From positions 69,006,001 to 69,070,000 of the forward strand of contig OX597825.1 of assembly GCA_951406725.2 (NCBI GenBank): a DNA stretch of 64,000 nt, in the 5' to 3' direction. The translations under genes were made by a program, and so were the position numbers. Each line of letters opens with the position of its first letter. Positions within the stretch are counted from its first letter, which is position 1. The stretch comes from Octopus vulgaris (lineage: Eukaryota). Of this stretch, positions 1 to 12,965 are shown one piece after another. The notes under the pieces are model-generated. The model did not search any database and was not told the origin of the DNA. It was given only the letters and a program-made list of their open reading frames with translations.

Positions 1-1055
1 AGAATGATTCTCTTCTTCGCTTTGTAGTCGTGAAATAAATGAATATATCTCAAATTTGTTGAGAACACTTAATTCTATTGTGTCCATGGTTGTACATGAA
101 TTGTTGAAGTACGCTAGATCTATAATGAAACGTTCTACGCTCATGGCGCCATTTTGTAGTTATTCATAAGTCTTTCGTTTCGGTATTCATTTGATGGCGT
201 TTAAAAGTGAATATTAGCAACAGAGATGTATTGATAATATCATAAAACAAAGCCAGACATACCTCACCCAACAAAAAGGAAAATAAGAAAAAAAAATCCT
301 GGAGAATAAATGCTAATAAGTTGATGCAGATTTTTCTCTTTTTTCATTTAGAAATTACTAGAAAACGACGTGATCAACATCAGTTTGAATTCTATACAGC
401 CTTTGATTGCTATGTTAATAAGTACTAAGTAATTCCATTTTCTCCTTAAAAGACAGTAACAAACAGCTTTCATCCAGACCGATCGCCAGCTTCAAATAAA
501 AAATCATAGCTACATGCATTTATGAATTTCATCACGTTTTTGAGTGATTATAATGATGACAGTTTATTAAACGTTTCATTTTTATCTCTCCCCGCTTTGT
601 TGTTCACTCTTCGAAACCTCTTTTTGATGTCCGCAAATGAAATGCAATGTCTTGTATTTACTAACTTTGTTTTGCAGATAAAAGGGTGCAACGTGAGATA
701 TGCACAAAAAACTACTTGACTACACGAACGCTGAATATTGATGGTCGGAAGAAAGGAAAGTGCATCAAACCGATTGTAATAATTTTACTATGTAGTCTAT
801 CTGCAGAACATAATTAATACTGTAGCTTATTTGGCACGTACAGGATCAATATATCGATCAATTACGTTATGAGAGGGAATCATTCCAAGAGAAAGGTAAA
901 TATTCTAACGGTATACGCATTAGTATATGTATGTGTATCTCTGTGTACATGCGTATGTACATAGATATGCGTTTATATACAGAAATATATGCATATACGT
1001 ATGTATATATGAATATATATACATATACACACATATACACACACGCTCACACATT

Positions 1056-1105
<50 letters not shown>

Positions 1106-1288
1106 ACGGAGATGTACTCGCATAGCAAGTAATTTGATCTGAGATGCAGCACGGATTTTTGTCAGTGAACAGGTCGCGGATTTTAGCGACGAAAATAGTT
1201 TGACAAATTAAACTTAAATGTTGAAGTGAATCGAACGGTTTTTGTGTGTCTCTTAAATGGCTTACAAACACCTTCCACGCTGCAATTA

Positions 1289-1321
<33 letters not shown>

Positions 1322-1969
1322 GCATATATATATGCATGTGTGTTTTACGCAGTACTCTTCATTTTCGTCGGAGAGTTGCTAGAGGCTGTTGGTATGATAG
1401 ACCAACGTCTTCAGCTCACCCCTCCCAGTAAACACTTCGCGAAATTACTGCTGAGAACCGACATACAACTTCTTGGAATCGGGTATTACGTGTCCACCCA
1501 CTGCGCTCCGAACAGCAATAAAGGCGAAGCATACAACTACACATTTATTGGAGGTGGCGCAGTGAGAAAAAATCAACTTTTTCGAGGACATGACTTTCTC
1601 CCAGTGGAAATAAGACATTCGAAATGTCGCATCATTAAGAAAATGATTGATGCGAGAAATTGTCTGAAATGGATAAAGACTTTTAACAATAAGTGTCAAC
1701 TGGATCGTACAAGCTCATTAATCAACATTACACAATGCAAGAAATGTAATAAATTTAGATAAGAAAATTTGAAAAGATGAAGCAATAGCACGTATAATGA
1801 ATATAGATAACAACGGAAAACAAATGACCAGAATATACAGTATTGCGGTTACTGATTGTCAACAGAGTAAATGAAATGCATTGTAAGAATATAAGAATGG
1901 TAAATTGCAAACGAATCGAAAGTTTGAATTATGTAAGACTACTTACTGATTCCAGGCGATTAACAAGGA

Positions 1970-2232
1970 AAAATAATTGCAAATTAATGTGAAGTGGCTA
2001 CATGAGAGCAAGGAAACTCCTTTGAACAAAATTACGAAACTATTCTTGTTTATAGCGCAGAGAAAAAGATTGCAAATTAGCGTGGAGTGGCTACATGAGT
2101 TAGAAAACTTCCTTGAACAATATCATGAAACTGTTGTTTATAACAGAAAGAAGAATGAGAAATTAACATACGGTAGTTACATGAATTAGAAAACTCCTTT
2201 GAAGAAAATTATGAAACTTTTCATGTTTGTGG
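1970..2232. repeat. Degenerate minisatellite, ~90-bp unit x3
   Basis: The motif 'aaatta...tacatga...aaact..ttgaa.aa..ta.gaaact' recurs starting near 1977, 2070 and 2157. Confidence 0.7.
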
Positions 2233-2254
2233 TAAATAGAAGTAAATACTAATT

Positions 2255-2616
2255 TCTCTCTATATAAAGCTGAAGTTGTCTGTGTATGGCAGGTTTGGTA
2301 TCCTTCAACTAACACTATCTCCTCCGAGATCCTGTGGCGCAAGTTGACCAAAATTGAGAGTATGATGGAAGAAGGTTTGGTCTTCTATAGAAGAAAAAAT
2401 TCAAATCGGACCATGTTAACACCAAAAATTATTTACATCAAAAAGGTGCTTTTTTTCTATGAAAATCCCTATTTTTTACGATGTTTTGACTACTGTGTCG
2501 CCATTTTTCGGTGTATTTCAACCAGAAAAATGTTCACTTAAAGAGAATAACAAGCTACATAATGCAAATTCTAAAGGGTTGAAACAAACCTGAGCAACGC
2601 CGGGCGATACTGCTAT
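2255..2616 (+). mobile_element. Non-autonomous Helitron
   Basis: Starts TCTCTCTATATAAA and ends 'gagcaacgccgggcgatactgctat', a GC hairpin plus degenerate CTAG. The same terminus occurs at 35811-35836 and 25820-25847. Confidence 0.65.
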
Positions 2617-3529
2617 TTTAGTAGGAAGTTTAGCGTTATTCTTAATGAAAATAAACTAAATCTAGCACTTCTTTATTTTAAATAAAAATAAACTAAACCC
2701 AGCTCTTGGTTGTCCTAAATAGAAGTAAAAACTGTAACCTACCACTAAATGAATGTTATCAAATAGTTAAGTGCTTTCAGTTGAGATATTTAAATGCTTG
2801 TACTACTTTTAGCTAGCTTCTGGTTTGCAATATATAAACAATGTATCCGAGCAGATGCGAATAAAAATAAGAAAAATATGGAAGACTTTATCAGAAGGAG
2901 AATAAAACATTTGAGCTGAACGATGTGTTAATGGTATTCTAGATGTTAATCTCGGTTTTAGAACTATTTAATCTTGTAATGCCGGAATGGGTTTTTAATC
3001 CGAATAACACAGTAAATTGAATTGCAGTGGGCCGTGCTGCGCTTTTTCTCGAGTAGGAAATCTTCATCAAGACAACGATCGATAGGTCAAAGGCATTGTT
3101 GAAGTATAACATGGAAAATCCTCGTGAGAACGGCGGCGAGGTAAGTGATGAAATATATTCATTGAAGGATATAATGTTTTCCACTATCCGACCAAGGTAT
3201 TTGCTAGAAAAGACAGGACTCTTGTCACCTTAAGACATAAACTTTGATGCTTACTGATGCAGATTTCTAATTAGTCTCCACGAGCTGAGTGCTAGTTGCT
3301 GAATAGTGACATAGAAGCGTAGTAGATATATGTAGAGCAATTTATAGTCTCAGCAGTATAATTTGTATTTGATAAATGAATCACATATAAAGTGAAATAT
3401 CACCAAAGTTGTAACTTTATATCAATCTCTATATTTCATTAGATTGGTCTCGAGGAAGGCAATTCGTCTATGGCTCTTCAAGGCTGGTTAAACAGATTCC
3501 TTTAGCACTCCCTTTAAGCAGCTAAAGTC

Positions 3530-3700
3530 CAAATAGGGATTGGTGACGAGAAATGTGTTCCCTATAAAAATATCAGGCGCCGAAGACAGTGGATAAGGAA
3601 AGGAGAAACACCGGCACCCTAGGCTAAAGCAGGTCTTCACCCACGCAAGGTGTTGTTATCTGCTTGGTGGGATAAGAAATGTTTAATCCACTATGAATGA
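3530..3700 (+). mobile_element. Mariner transposase remnant (first catalytic D region)
   Basis: Translates IGIGDEKCVPYKNIRRRRQWIRKGETPAP*AKAGLHPRKVLLSAWWDKKCLIHYE, matching the mariner TGDEKW...GLHPKKVMLSVWWD...IHYE block. It contains a stop codon. Confidence 0.85.
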
Positions 3701-4925
3701 AAATATAATTTAGTTGGTAACCAAAAGCTTACTGAATCTTTTGATACCTCATACGTCAGAATAGGCAACTCGGTTTTGGAATGCATAAGGAAATACGTAA
3801 ACATACACACACACACAAACTCTCTTTTATAGATATAGATAGATATATGCATCTCTATGTGATGTGTGTATATGTATAAATATTTTTGACCGTTTACTGA
3901 GCCATTTCTGCCTATCATATTTATGTTACAACACAAGGCACGAGGCTATGCTGGAAATTAATTGTGCAATTTGTTTCACTCTTGGATCGAACACAGAACC
4001 ACATGGCTGAAAAGAGCGAATTTCTGAGGCACATAGGCATGGTTTTAGAAAATCTGGGTAAAATAATTTCTGGCAGTGGGGTAGATAGATGTTCGGGGTA
4101 TCTCTATTAGATCGAAGTCAAAGTTTGTCGTGAATTTACTGAGGGGAAAATTTATACAATTCACAGAATATTGACTATTCAAACAGAAATTTCAATAAAA
4201 TGGCAGATATGGAGTGAGTGGGCATGTTACAATAGTTGCAAGACAATGGAATCCAATATGAATTAAAATGAAAATATCTTACTAATGGAACCAAATATCA
4301 ATAAGAATTGTTGGAAGTTTAGGTGAACGGCAACGAAGACGTGAAATTATTGATTGAAAATGTTGTATTTGCGATTTCTATGAATTTATCAATTCTCTCA
4401 ATTTAAGATATCCACGATCACAAGTCGATATACATTATACATTCAAATAATTGTCATAACAAACAGTAAAACCGCATGCGTTTGAATTCGTTGAGTGAAT
4501 TAATAATATCGTTCTGTTAAATGTTGTGAGTTATATCTGCAAACTCCCTTATCGCTCATTAATTATGTGAGAATGTGTGTGCAAGAATGGATATTTCTGT
4601 TAATAAAATATTCATTTAAGATAACTAATTCGCCTTTAGATCGAGAGATATAAAGCGAAGAATGCATGGATTTACGTAGAAGAAACGCAAAACAATGGAA
4701 TGAATATCAGTGCAAACAAAAATTTAATCACTTTGATAATGAATGTAAGAACGGGTTGACAGATGTTTATAGTGGGAGGGAAAATTCGTGAACGAAAAGA
4801 GCGAACAGGTTTATTTCGAAAGACATTAAGGAAAGAGAACTACAATAAACAAATCAGTGAATTGGATAAAAAAATAAAACGTGTTTGTAGAATATACAGT
4901 AAATTACACGGTAATTCAATGTGAG

Positions 4926-5310
4926 TGGAGGCGCAATGGCCCAGTGGTTAGGGAAGCGGACTCGCGGTCATAGGATCACGGTTTCGATTCCCAGACCGGG
5001 CGTTGTGAGTGTTTATTGAGCGAAAACACCTAAAGCTCCACGAGGCTCCAGCAGGGGATGGTGGTGATCCCTGCTGTACTCTTTCACCACAACTTTCTCT
5101 CACTCTTACTTCCTGTTTCTGTTGTACCTGTATTTCAAGGGGCCGGCCTTGTCACTTTCTGTGTCATGCTGAATATCCCCGAGAATTACGTTAAGGGTAC
5201 ACGTGTCTGTGGAGTGCTCAGCCACTTACACGTTAATTTCACGAGCAGGCTGTTCCGTTGATTCGATTCAACCGGAATCCTCATCGTCGTAACCGACGGA
5301 GTGCTTCCAT
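4926..5310 (+). mobile_element. tRNA-derived SINE, family A (OR-like head)
   Basis: Box A (TGGCCCAGTGG) and box B-like (GGTTTCGATTCC) head. A near-identical inverted copy lies at 8785-9158. Confidence 0.85.
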
Positions 5311-5550
5311 CCAATTCAATGTGAATATAGTTCGGTTGTTCGAATCGATGAATAGTCATCGTAGACACTGATGGAGACCCATTCATTACTTAGCCTAGGT
5401 TCCTATGCTATTTATATCTACTTAGTTATTTTCTATTCATCACATTTCTCTTCAATAAATAATTAGTTCTTTTTATATATATTTCGATACTGTGAATGGT
5501 TTATTTTATCTTTTTCACAATCAGACCAATCTACTTATTCACCCACACAC

Positions 5551-5662
5551 CATCATCATCGTCGTCGTCGTCGTCCTCCTCCTCCACATCATCATCATCA
5601 TCACCACCACCACCACCACCACCACCATCACCATCACCACCACCATCACCATCACCATCATC
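5551..5662. repeat. (CAT)n/(CAC)n trinucleotide tract
   Basis: Visible directly. It explains the poly-S/poly-P ORF 5496..5684. Confidence 0.9.
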
Positions 5663-5664
5663 TT

Positions 5665-5880
5665 CAGATGAGCTGGCACAATAGTTAGCATACTGCATAA
5701 AGTACTTCGTGACATTTCATCCGTCTTTATGTTCTGAGTTCAAATTCCGCCGCGGTCGACATTGTCTTTCATCCTGTCGAGGTCGATAAAATCAGTACCA
5801 GTGGAACATCGGGGTTGATGTAATCAACTAGTCTCCTCCCGCCATATTTCAGGCCTTGCACCTTTAGTAGAAAGCACTAT
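5665..5880 (+). mobile_element. SINE family C (Nin/Deu-like central domain)
   Basis: Contains 'gttctgagttcaaattccgcc..ggtcgac...tttcatcct.tcgaggtcgataaaatcagtaccag'. Many copies occur in the window. Confidence 0.7.
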
Positions 5881-5994
5881 TATTATTATTAGGGCGGCAT
5901 GCTGGCAGAATCATTAGCGCACCGGGCAAAATCCTTAACCGTATCTCGCAATCGTGAGTGCAACACTTTAACCACTAGGCTACGACTCCTCACA

Positions 5995-6040
<46 letters not shown>

Positions 6041-6059
6041 TTATAATAATAATAATGAT

Positions 6060-6605
6060 GCAGTACCAGGCAGTGGCTCTCGTGGCTTCTGATCTTAACT
6101 GATTGGAAGTGTTATCATGTACGTTGTTTTGTCTTGGTATAAAAGATGGGCTACAGCAAATATTCTGCTCAATACCACAGATTTGCTTGTCAGTTGCTTG
6201 ACCATAACCAGTTGAGCATATCCCTTAGTGGCTGACGATATGTGCATCTCTGATCACGAGCAGAAGTAGTGGGGGAGCATCATAGCCATGTGTTGAGGGG
6301 GATTCTTTGGGGTTTGGATAACTCACCTCTGGAAACATGGGTGTTTTGTTCAACATCCTTAAACAAACCTTATTCAGGGACATTTTGAGCGAGATGGGTT
6401 ACTCGACCAGAAGAAAATTCTAACTGGGCCCCACCTGCAAAGTCATGTGCTGTTTATCTTGATACGAGATCACCATGTCGCGCACACACGGTTGTGATGC
6501 ATGTTCTTAGTGTACCCTTATCAGACGGGCAGTCATGATGGGTATACTGGGCTTCGTATATTTTATCCCGGTGTCATTTTGATGGCATGCACTGCTCTCT
6601 CACTC

Positions 6606-6606
<1 letters not shown>
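6060..6606 (+). mobile_element. Dispersed ~550-bp repeat with (TAA)n tail, probably a retroposon 3' end
   Basis: A diverged second copy lies at 21853-22380. Both copies abut (TAA)n or (TGA)n tracts. Confidence 0.7.
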
Positions 6607-6656
<50 letters not shown>

Positions 6657-6667
6657 GATGATGATGA

Positions 6668-6810
6668 TGATAAATAGAGCACTTGCAGAAAACAGTACTG
6701 CTTGGAACCGCTCGAATACTCCTAAATGGTGCTCGAAAAATAAGGGGTGTTACCTTACTTCACTGGTAGGGGGAGGCGCTTCGAAAGGTTACTCGTGGAA
6801 AAACCCATAA

Positions 6811-6812
<2 letters not shown>
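6668..6812 (+). mobile_element. R4/Dong-type LINE 3' fragment between (TAA)n tracts
   Basis: Translates IEHLQKTVLLGTARIL, the C-terminal LQKxxLLGTARILR motif of RLE-type LINEs, and is followed by (TAA)n. Confidence 0.65.
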
Positions 6813-6849
<37 letters not shown>

Positions 6850-6858
<9 letters not shown>

Positions 6859-7455
6859 TTATGAAGATCCATGTCACTCTTCACGAAGGTAAATACACAA
6901 TAAAAAGAGTGTAATACGATTTGCACAGTATTTTGACAGCATGGGTTGAAAATGAAAAACAAAAAAACAAAAAAAGAAAATGAAAAGTACGCAGAAATAC
7001 AGAAATTGAAAATTGAAACTTGTATATCCTACCCCCTCCTTCTTAGACAAAACGTTGTCTTCAGTTTTCGCTTTTTCGTATATTGATAACAAAAAAAAAA
7101 AAGTAAAAAAGCGAAGGAAAAGATAGCATGACCTGACTTGTTCGAAAAGTTTTGATGGAACTCTCCTGTCATTTTGTTTGTTTTCCTCCTGAGCGTGACG
7201 TTAATAATTCTCAAATATATTTATTCTCGTCTGTTTTCAGGGCTAAAAGGGCATTAATCGATTTTCTCCTCCCCCAAATTACAGGCCTTAATAATAATAA
7301 TAATAATAACAATAACAATAATAATAATAATAATACCACCACCACAACAACAACAAAAAAATAATAACAATAATTTATGAAGATCCACGTACCACTTATC
7401 GAAGGTAAATACACAATAGAGTGCGATACGATTTGTACAGTATTTTGACAGCATA
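6850..7455. repeat. Local direct duplication (6850-6942 and 7370-7454)
   Basis: 'ataatttatgaagatcca...gaaggtaaatacacaata...gtattttgacagcat' is present twice, each copy after an (AAT)n tract. Confidence 0.75.
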
Positions 7456-8030
7456 TCTGTCTTCGTTATATTCAGTTTTCTTTAATGTTTTCGTATAACG
7501 TGAAGAACATTAAAAAAAAAAAAAGCTTTAAATAGTCGGGACTTTATATTTCATGATAAAACATTTAATATCTACTGATATTCTTGACATACATTCGGTT
7601 GTTATAAGACTGTATATCATTTGGAACTTGATAAAAATGTCTTGGTGCAAATATTTATATTACATCACTTTGTAATAACATTCTGAGTTTTACTAAGAAA
7701 TATTTTTCACGTGACATCACCATCTGATTTACCATGGAATATTGTGAGTATGTAGATTTTACTATTGTCATATGAAGTATGACAATAGTAATGACAGCCT
7801 AGAATTTGGTGGGTTGTACTCATTATCGTGGTTTCGATTCCCGAACCAGTCAGTGCGTCTCGCTTTCGAGCAAAACATTTCATTTCGTGTTGCCCGCCGA
7901 TCACTTCGACATCTGACGAATGCCACATCGTGTTACTGTACAAACAATATTGATTTGGTGGAGCAAAGGAGCACAGGCAGACGTGAAGTTGTTCATCAAG
8001 AAATTGCTGAATCAGATTTCTAAGACAACA

Positions 8031-8380
8031 GTGGAGGCGCAATGGCCCAATGTTTAGGTCAGCGGACTCGCGGTCGGAGGATCGCGGTTTCGATTCCCAG
8101 ATCGGGCGTTGTGTGTATTTATTGAGCGAAAACACCTAAAACTCCACGAGGCTCCGGTAGGGGGTGATGGCGACCACTGTTGTACTCTTTCACTCCAACT
8201 TTCTTTCCCTCTTTCTTCCTGTTTCTTGTCCCCGACTTCCTACGCAACCGCTGAGCCTGGATGCGCATTCATCCATCCGTCGATGCTCTCGGTGTCAGGG
8301 GACCACGTTTCGGACTTCTCCCACTAATGGGACGAAGACCGCTTCGCTCAACAAACAAACAAACAAACAAACAAACCACC
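8031..8380 (+). mobile_element. SINE family A head with alternative tail ending (CAAA)n
   Basis: Same head as 4926 up to the 'actttct..ctctt.cttcctgtttct' segment, then an unrelated 3' part. Confidence 0.75.
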
Positions 8381-8784
8381 AACGACAAGCTATGATAGTG
8401 GTTGCGACTAAAGTTGGCTAAACTAGGACGGGATATCTTAATGTTGTTTAAGACGACGAGCAAGTAGAATCGTTGGTACGCCGGACATAATATTTAGCGG
8501 TATTTCAAATTCAACTGAGGTAAATGGTAAAGACCCACTTCGATCATGAATGACCATGGGATTGCACCTAGAAAGTTACCCTCCGAGGCACAAACCAGGT
8601 CAAGGTTGTTTATGGAAGACCAACTGTACTTCCGTACAGATTCCATCCACGAAAATTACTCACAAGGTATTGGTTGGCCAGGGGCTATAGCAGATACTTA
8701 CTCAAGAAAACTGAACTCAAAACCACATGGTTGCAAAAAGAAAAAAAAAACAAAACAAAAAACCACAGCTATGCTTACACCTAT

Positions 8785-9158
8785 GTGGAAGCACTCCGTC
8801 GGTTACGACGACGAGGGTTCCGATTGGTCCGATCAACGGAACAGCCTGCTCGTGAAATTAACGTGTAAGTGGCTGAGCACTCCACAGACACGTGTACCCT
8901 TAACGTAGTTCTCGGGGATATTCAGCGTGATATAGAGAGTGACAAGGCCGGCCCTTTGAAATACAGGTACAACAGAAACAGGAAGTAAGAGTGAGAGAAA
9001 GTTGTGGTGAAAGAGTACAGCAGGGATCACCACCATCCCCTGCCGGAGCCTCGTGGAGCTTTAGGTGTTTTCGCTCAATAAACACTCACAACGCCCGGTC
9101 TGGGAATCGAAACCGCGATCCTACGACCGCGAGTCCGCTGCCCTAACCACTGGGCCAC
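8785..9158 (-). mobile_element. tRNA-derived SINE, family A
   Basis: Reverse complement of 4926-5310. The spurious ORFs are nearly identical in both copies. Confidence 0.85.
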
Positions 9159-9899
9159 CTATCATTCACTACAAAAACAAAATCAAAACAGAAATATGTA
9201 TATATATATATATTTCATTTTACACAACAACGTAAACCAGATATTTCCTGCTCTTGCTGGTTTCATTTGAAGTTCTACATGAAGATTGGTTATTATTTTA
9301 TAGATGAATAAATTTTTTTTCTTTTACGTGTAAGAATATAGAAACATTCTGAAAACTTTCTACTTTAAAAAGAAATCACTTGAGATGTATGACGACAGTT
9401 TTCAAGAAAGTAGTACGAGTCTATATTGCTTTTTTTACCACATGAGATCCGGATTGCTGATTGCATCTTCACAATGCGATATACTAAATACATATGATAT
9501 ATGTATATGGGAAAAAGAGAACCATCTGCAAATGATACTTGCGAAATAGTTTTTGTAATCACTTGATAAATGCGATATTTACTACATGACATAAGTAGTT
9601 TAATATATACATATACACATAAATAAACAGATGAATACTCTCTCTCTCTCTCACACATATATGTATATATATATACGAGTACACTGTTATATAAGAAACA
9701 TTATTTATATAAATAATTAGTACACTATGTACTAATAATGTATATATAATTCATGTATATACACATACATACACACGTAAATACATGCATGCGTATATAA
9801 ATACATGCATGCGTATATATGTTTGTATGTGTTTATTAAGTTGTTTCGTATTAAAAACAAGAACAATGATAGATGGAAGAATAATACAAAGCTATTTAG

Positions 9900-10200
9900 C
9901 AGATTGTTGTTTGTTCCTTCTCAAGCCACGCCTGGCTCATAGGGCCGGTTTCTCGGTTTCCTTGGCATATAGGTTCCCCACCTGGACGGGTCACCGGTCC
10001 GTCGCAGCTGAGCTGCAAGATGCAGGAGGAAAGAGTGAGAGAAAGTTGAGGCGAAAGAGTCAGCAGAAGTTCGCCATTACCTTCTGCCGGAAGCGCATGG
10101 AGCTTAGGTGTTCCGCTCATAAACACACACATCGCCCGGTCTGAGATTCGAACCTGCGACCCCTCGACCGCGATCCCGCTGCTCTAACCATGTGCCTCCA
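9900..10200 (-). mobile_element. SINE with family A-related head and a distinct tail
   Basis: Minus strand reads 'tggaggcacatggttagagcagcggga..gcggtcgagggg..gcaggttcgaatctcagaccggg' and ends 'gagaaggaacaaacaacaa'. Confidence 0.7.
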
Positions 10201-10504
10201 TATTTAGTAGATTACTGTATTTAATTTTTACAAAGAAAATTTTGAAAGTCATCAGAATGTAACTTAGTTTGGTTTTTCTAAGTTTTAAATATATTTTAGG
10301 ATTGGTTCATCTTGTGAATGGAACAATGGATCTTCAAAGTAGTGAGGGGTATAAAAGAATCTGTAGGGAGAAGGATGAATGTGATCTGACTTGTTATATC
10401 TCTAACCTCAACTCTTATAACAGTCTGTCAGCGCCCGACTTATTTATTTACATGATCGAAAGATCAATAACATAACCAAGCAATAATTTCTCAGTCTAAA
10501 TATA

Positions 10505-10815
10505 CAAGTGGTACCCAAAAGAAACCGGAATTTTGCAGTGCTATTTTATTCACTTAGTTTTACATGTTTACACTTTTATTGCCTTCAAAGTATTTTCCAT
10601 TTGAAGCAATGCATCGGTCCAGACGCGTCTTCCACTGTTCGAAGCAGTCCTGGAACTCTTGTGAAGTGATACTGTTTAATGCCCCCGTCGTTTGTTTCTT
10701 CGCCTCTTCCACATATGCAAAACGTTTTACTTTATGGACGTTTTCATTCGGGATGGGGGGAAGTGTCGCAGGTAACAAGATCGGGATAATACGGAGGGTG
10801 GGTAAGCGGGGACAT
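10505..10815 (-). mobile_element. Mariner 3' remnant with terminal inverted repeat end
   Basis: KRFAYVEEAKKQTTGALNSITSQEFQDCFEQWKTRLDRCIASNGKYFEG is a mariner C-terminus. A frameshifted PYYPDLVTCD corresponds to the YSPDLAPCD motif. The end reads TA|CAAGTGGTACCCAAAA. Confidence 0.85.
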
Positions 10816-11886
10816 ACCATTTTTAAGTTACAGGAACGCAAACAAACCAGCATCAGCTGTCAAGCAGTGGTGAGGAACAAACACAAACACAAACACACAC
10901 ACACGTATCTATTTATTCGACAAGCTTCATTTAGTTTCCATCAACCAAACTTCACCCAAAGGGCTTTGGTAGACGGCGAATTTAGTAGAAGACGCTTTCT
11001 CAAGGTATCACGCAATGGGACTGAACCCGAAACCATGTGGTTGGGAAGCAAGCTTCTCTATTTCATTAAATTTGCCACAAGGGCAGCACAACGAGAGAAG
11101 CTTGAGGGCTAGACAGAGACATTAATGGGACGAATGATAATGATATAATGATATAAGGATGATAAGGATGGGAGAAGACGAAAAGCGCTCGCCGACTTTC
11201 GCTTCTCTAAAACATTCCTGCACTCGTTGTTAAATAATTTAGAAGATTCACTTTAAATTCCATTATATGCCATTTGTAATCACTTACAATAACGATTCCG
11301 TTTGAAACGCAGAGCGAATTTGAATAACTTGCGAAAGCAGCAAAGCAATGCCTATTGGCTTAAAACGTTTTATTTTTCTCGCTGCTTAATTATTCATAGT
11401 TAAATTTTTGTTAGTACAGCCATTAAATATATTAACATTTAGTTACATCTAAGTAGTTGTCTATCTGCCTCATCTTATAATGATTTCCAATGAGGCTTTT
11501 AATGCATCATGCATTAAATATGTTAACACTAAGTTAACTATTGTTTATCATGCAGATGGCTTCCGAATTAATGTGTAAGCAATTCGCTTTCCATACAACA
11601 ACAACAAAATTATCATTTTTGGCATTTAGAGAGTGATTCTATGTTTCATTAATGTTTCTGTAAAAAGGTATACTTGCAGCATGAAATATTCAGAATGAAA
11701 CTAAAACGAACGATGAGCACCTGCAGTTGTCTGACGCTGAATATATGCATGCATGCATATATATATATATGTACATATGTATATATATATATGTGTATGA
11801 ATATATATATATAATTCAAAAATTATAAGTAGGTAGACATACTCACTATGTCCTTTGATTAATTTATATATATACATATATATTTA

Positions 11887-12200
11887 CAGTGTCCGCCCGA
11901 AAATGTCCATGCACTGCAGGGAATGAAAAATATGTAGAAATATTTCAATACTCGAACATATTCAGGAACCACGGGGTTAATACATGTAACCTGTAACCTG
12001 TTTTGTCCCTTTTTTGCCCCTTCCAAGAGTTTTACATGCAGTTAACGATGATGATCCTACTCGAAGAATCAAGATTTGTGACTAGTTTTAACACTTCGTA
12101 GGCGAGGATGAAGAGTTTGTGACAATGATATTGTCCGATGAAGCACAATTTAAGGTAAATGGAACAATGAACCGACATAAATGTATATACTTGGTTCCAG
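11887..12200 (+). mobile_element. Tc1/mariner-superfamily transposase remnant (SDEAxFxxNG type)
   Basis: Starts TA|CAGTG. From about 12035 it translates HAVNDDDPTRRIKICD*F*HFVGEDEEFVTMILSDEAQFKVNGTMNRHKCIY. Confidence 0.75.
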
Positions 12201-12204
12201 AAAA

Positions 12205-12965
12205 GAATATTGCTTGCTTATGAAAAAGCAGACTCGATGTTTCTGTCTCTCATCATTTGCATGAGGCTAGCCTCGCCCAATGGATTTCCATCTGTGATCC
12301 GTTGCAGAAACGTGAAAAAGAACGGTCCTTTTTTCAAAAAGAATGGTGGTAGGGTACGAAAAAATGGATATTCTCTAAGAATGTGAGGAGAAAACAATCC
12401 TAGGGGAAGCGCTGCGGACCTTCACATGCAACTTACAAAACAGGACTTCACTCGAAGAAGGCTATACTTTCAATATGGTGGGAATGAAAGAGAGTTGTCT
12501 TCTGCGAGCTTGTTCTCATGGATAGGGCCATCAACCTAGATTGTACTGTGACCAGCTGGACAAATTAAACGCAGCGATCGACGTGAAGTGTTCAGCACTT
12601 GCTAATCATCTTTCATTACAACAATTCCAGGCATCATATTTCTTTGTAGACGCGACGGAAGTTACTGAGGTTTAGTTGGAAAGTTTTGCCGCACCATCAA
12701 TATTCACCTGTTTTGGTCTATTCAAAATACATTGACCGGACAAACCTTTAACTCCGAAGAAGAAGTAAACATACGCACCGGAGAGTTTTTCGCCAGTAAA
12801 GACAGGAAATTTTTTGAGTAGAGATTAACGAATCTGCCTGCCATATAGCAGAAAATAAAAGAACGAAAAGGCAATGATATCATTGATTGAATAAATCATT
12901 TTGTGTTTAAAACTTGTATCGTATTTTCGCTTAAACAAAAAAAGCATGGAACGGCCAACCCAGTA
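12205..12965 (+). mobile_element. Decayed mariner element
   Basis: SRLDVSVSHHLHEASLAQWISICDPLQKREKERSFF matches mariner LDVWVPHEL..RISICDSLLKR..PFL. Downstream W/PHxxYSP and EFFASKDRKFF remnants have frameshifts. A TIR-like 'gccaacccagta' lies at the end. Confidence 0.8.

Noticed and set aside
1226-1762. 178-aa ORF
   Set aside because: It runs through a TA tract, and no recognisable domain or splice context was found.
1970-2232. CRISPR-like array
   Set aside because: Whole units are similar (no unique spacers), the context is eukaryotic and there are no cas genes.
2939-3184. Possible older mariner remnant upstream of 3530
   Set aside because: Only vague similarity (SDE-like) by eye, not enough to call.
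4926-5000. tRNA genes at SINE heads (also 22430, 27484, 33445)
   Set aside because: A and B boxes are present, but they continue into repeated SINE bodies without a complete cloverleaf or terminator.
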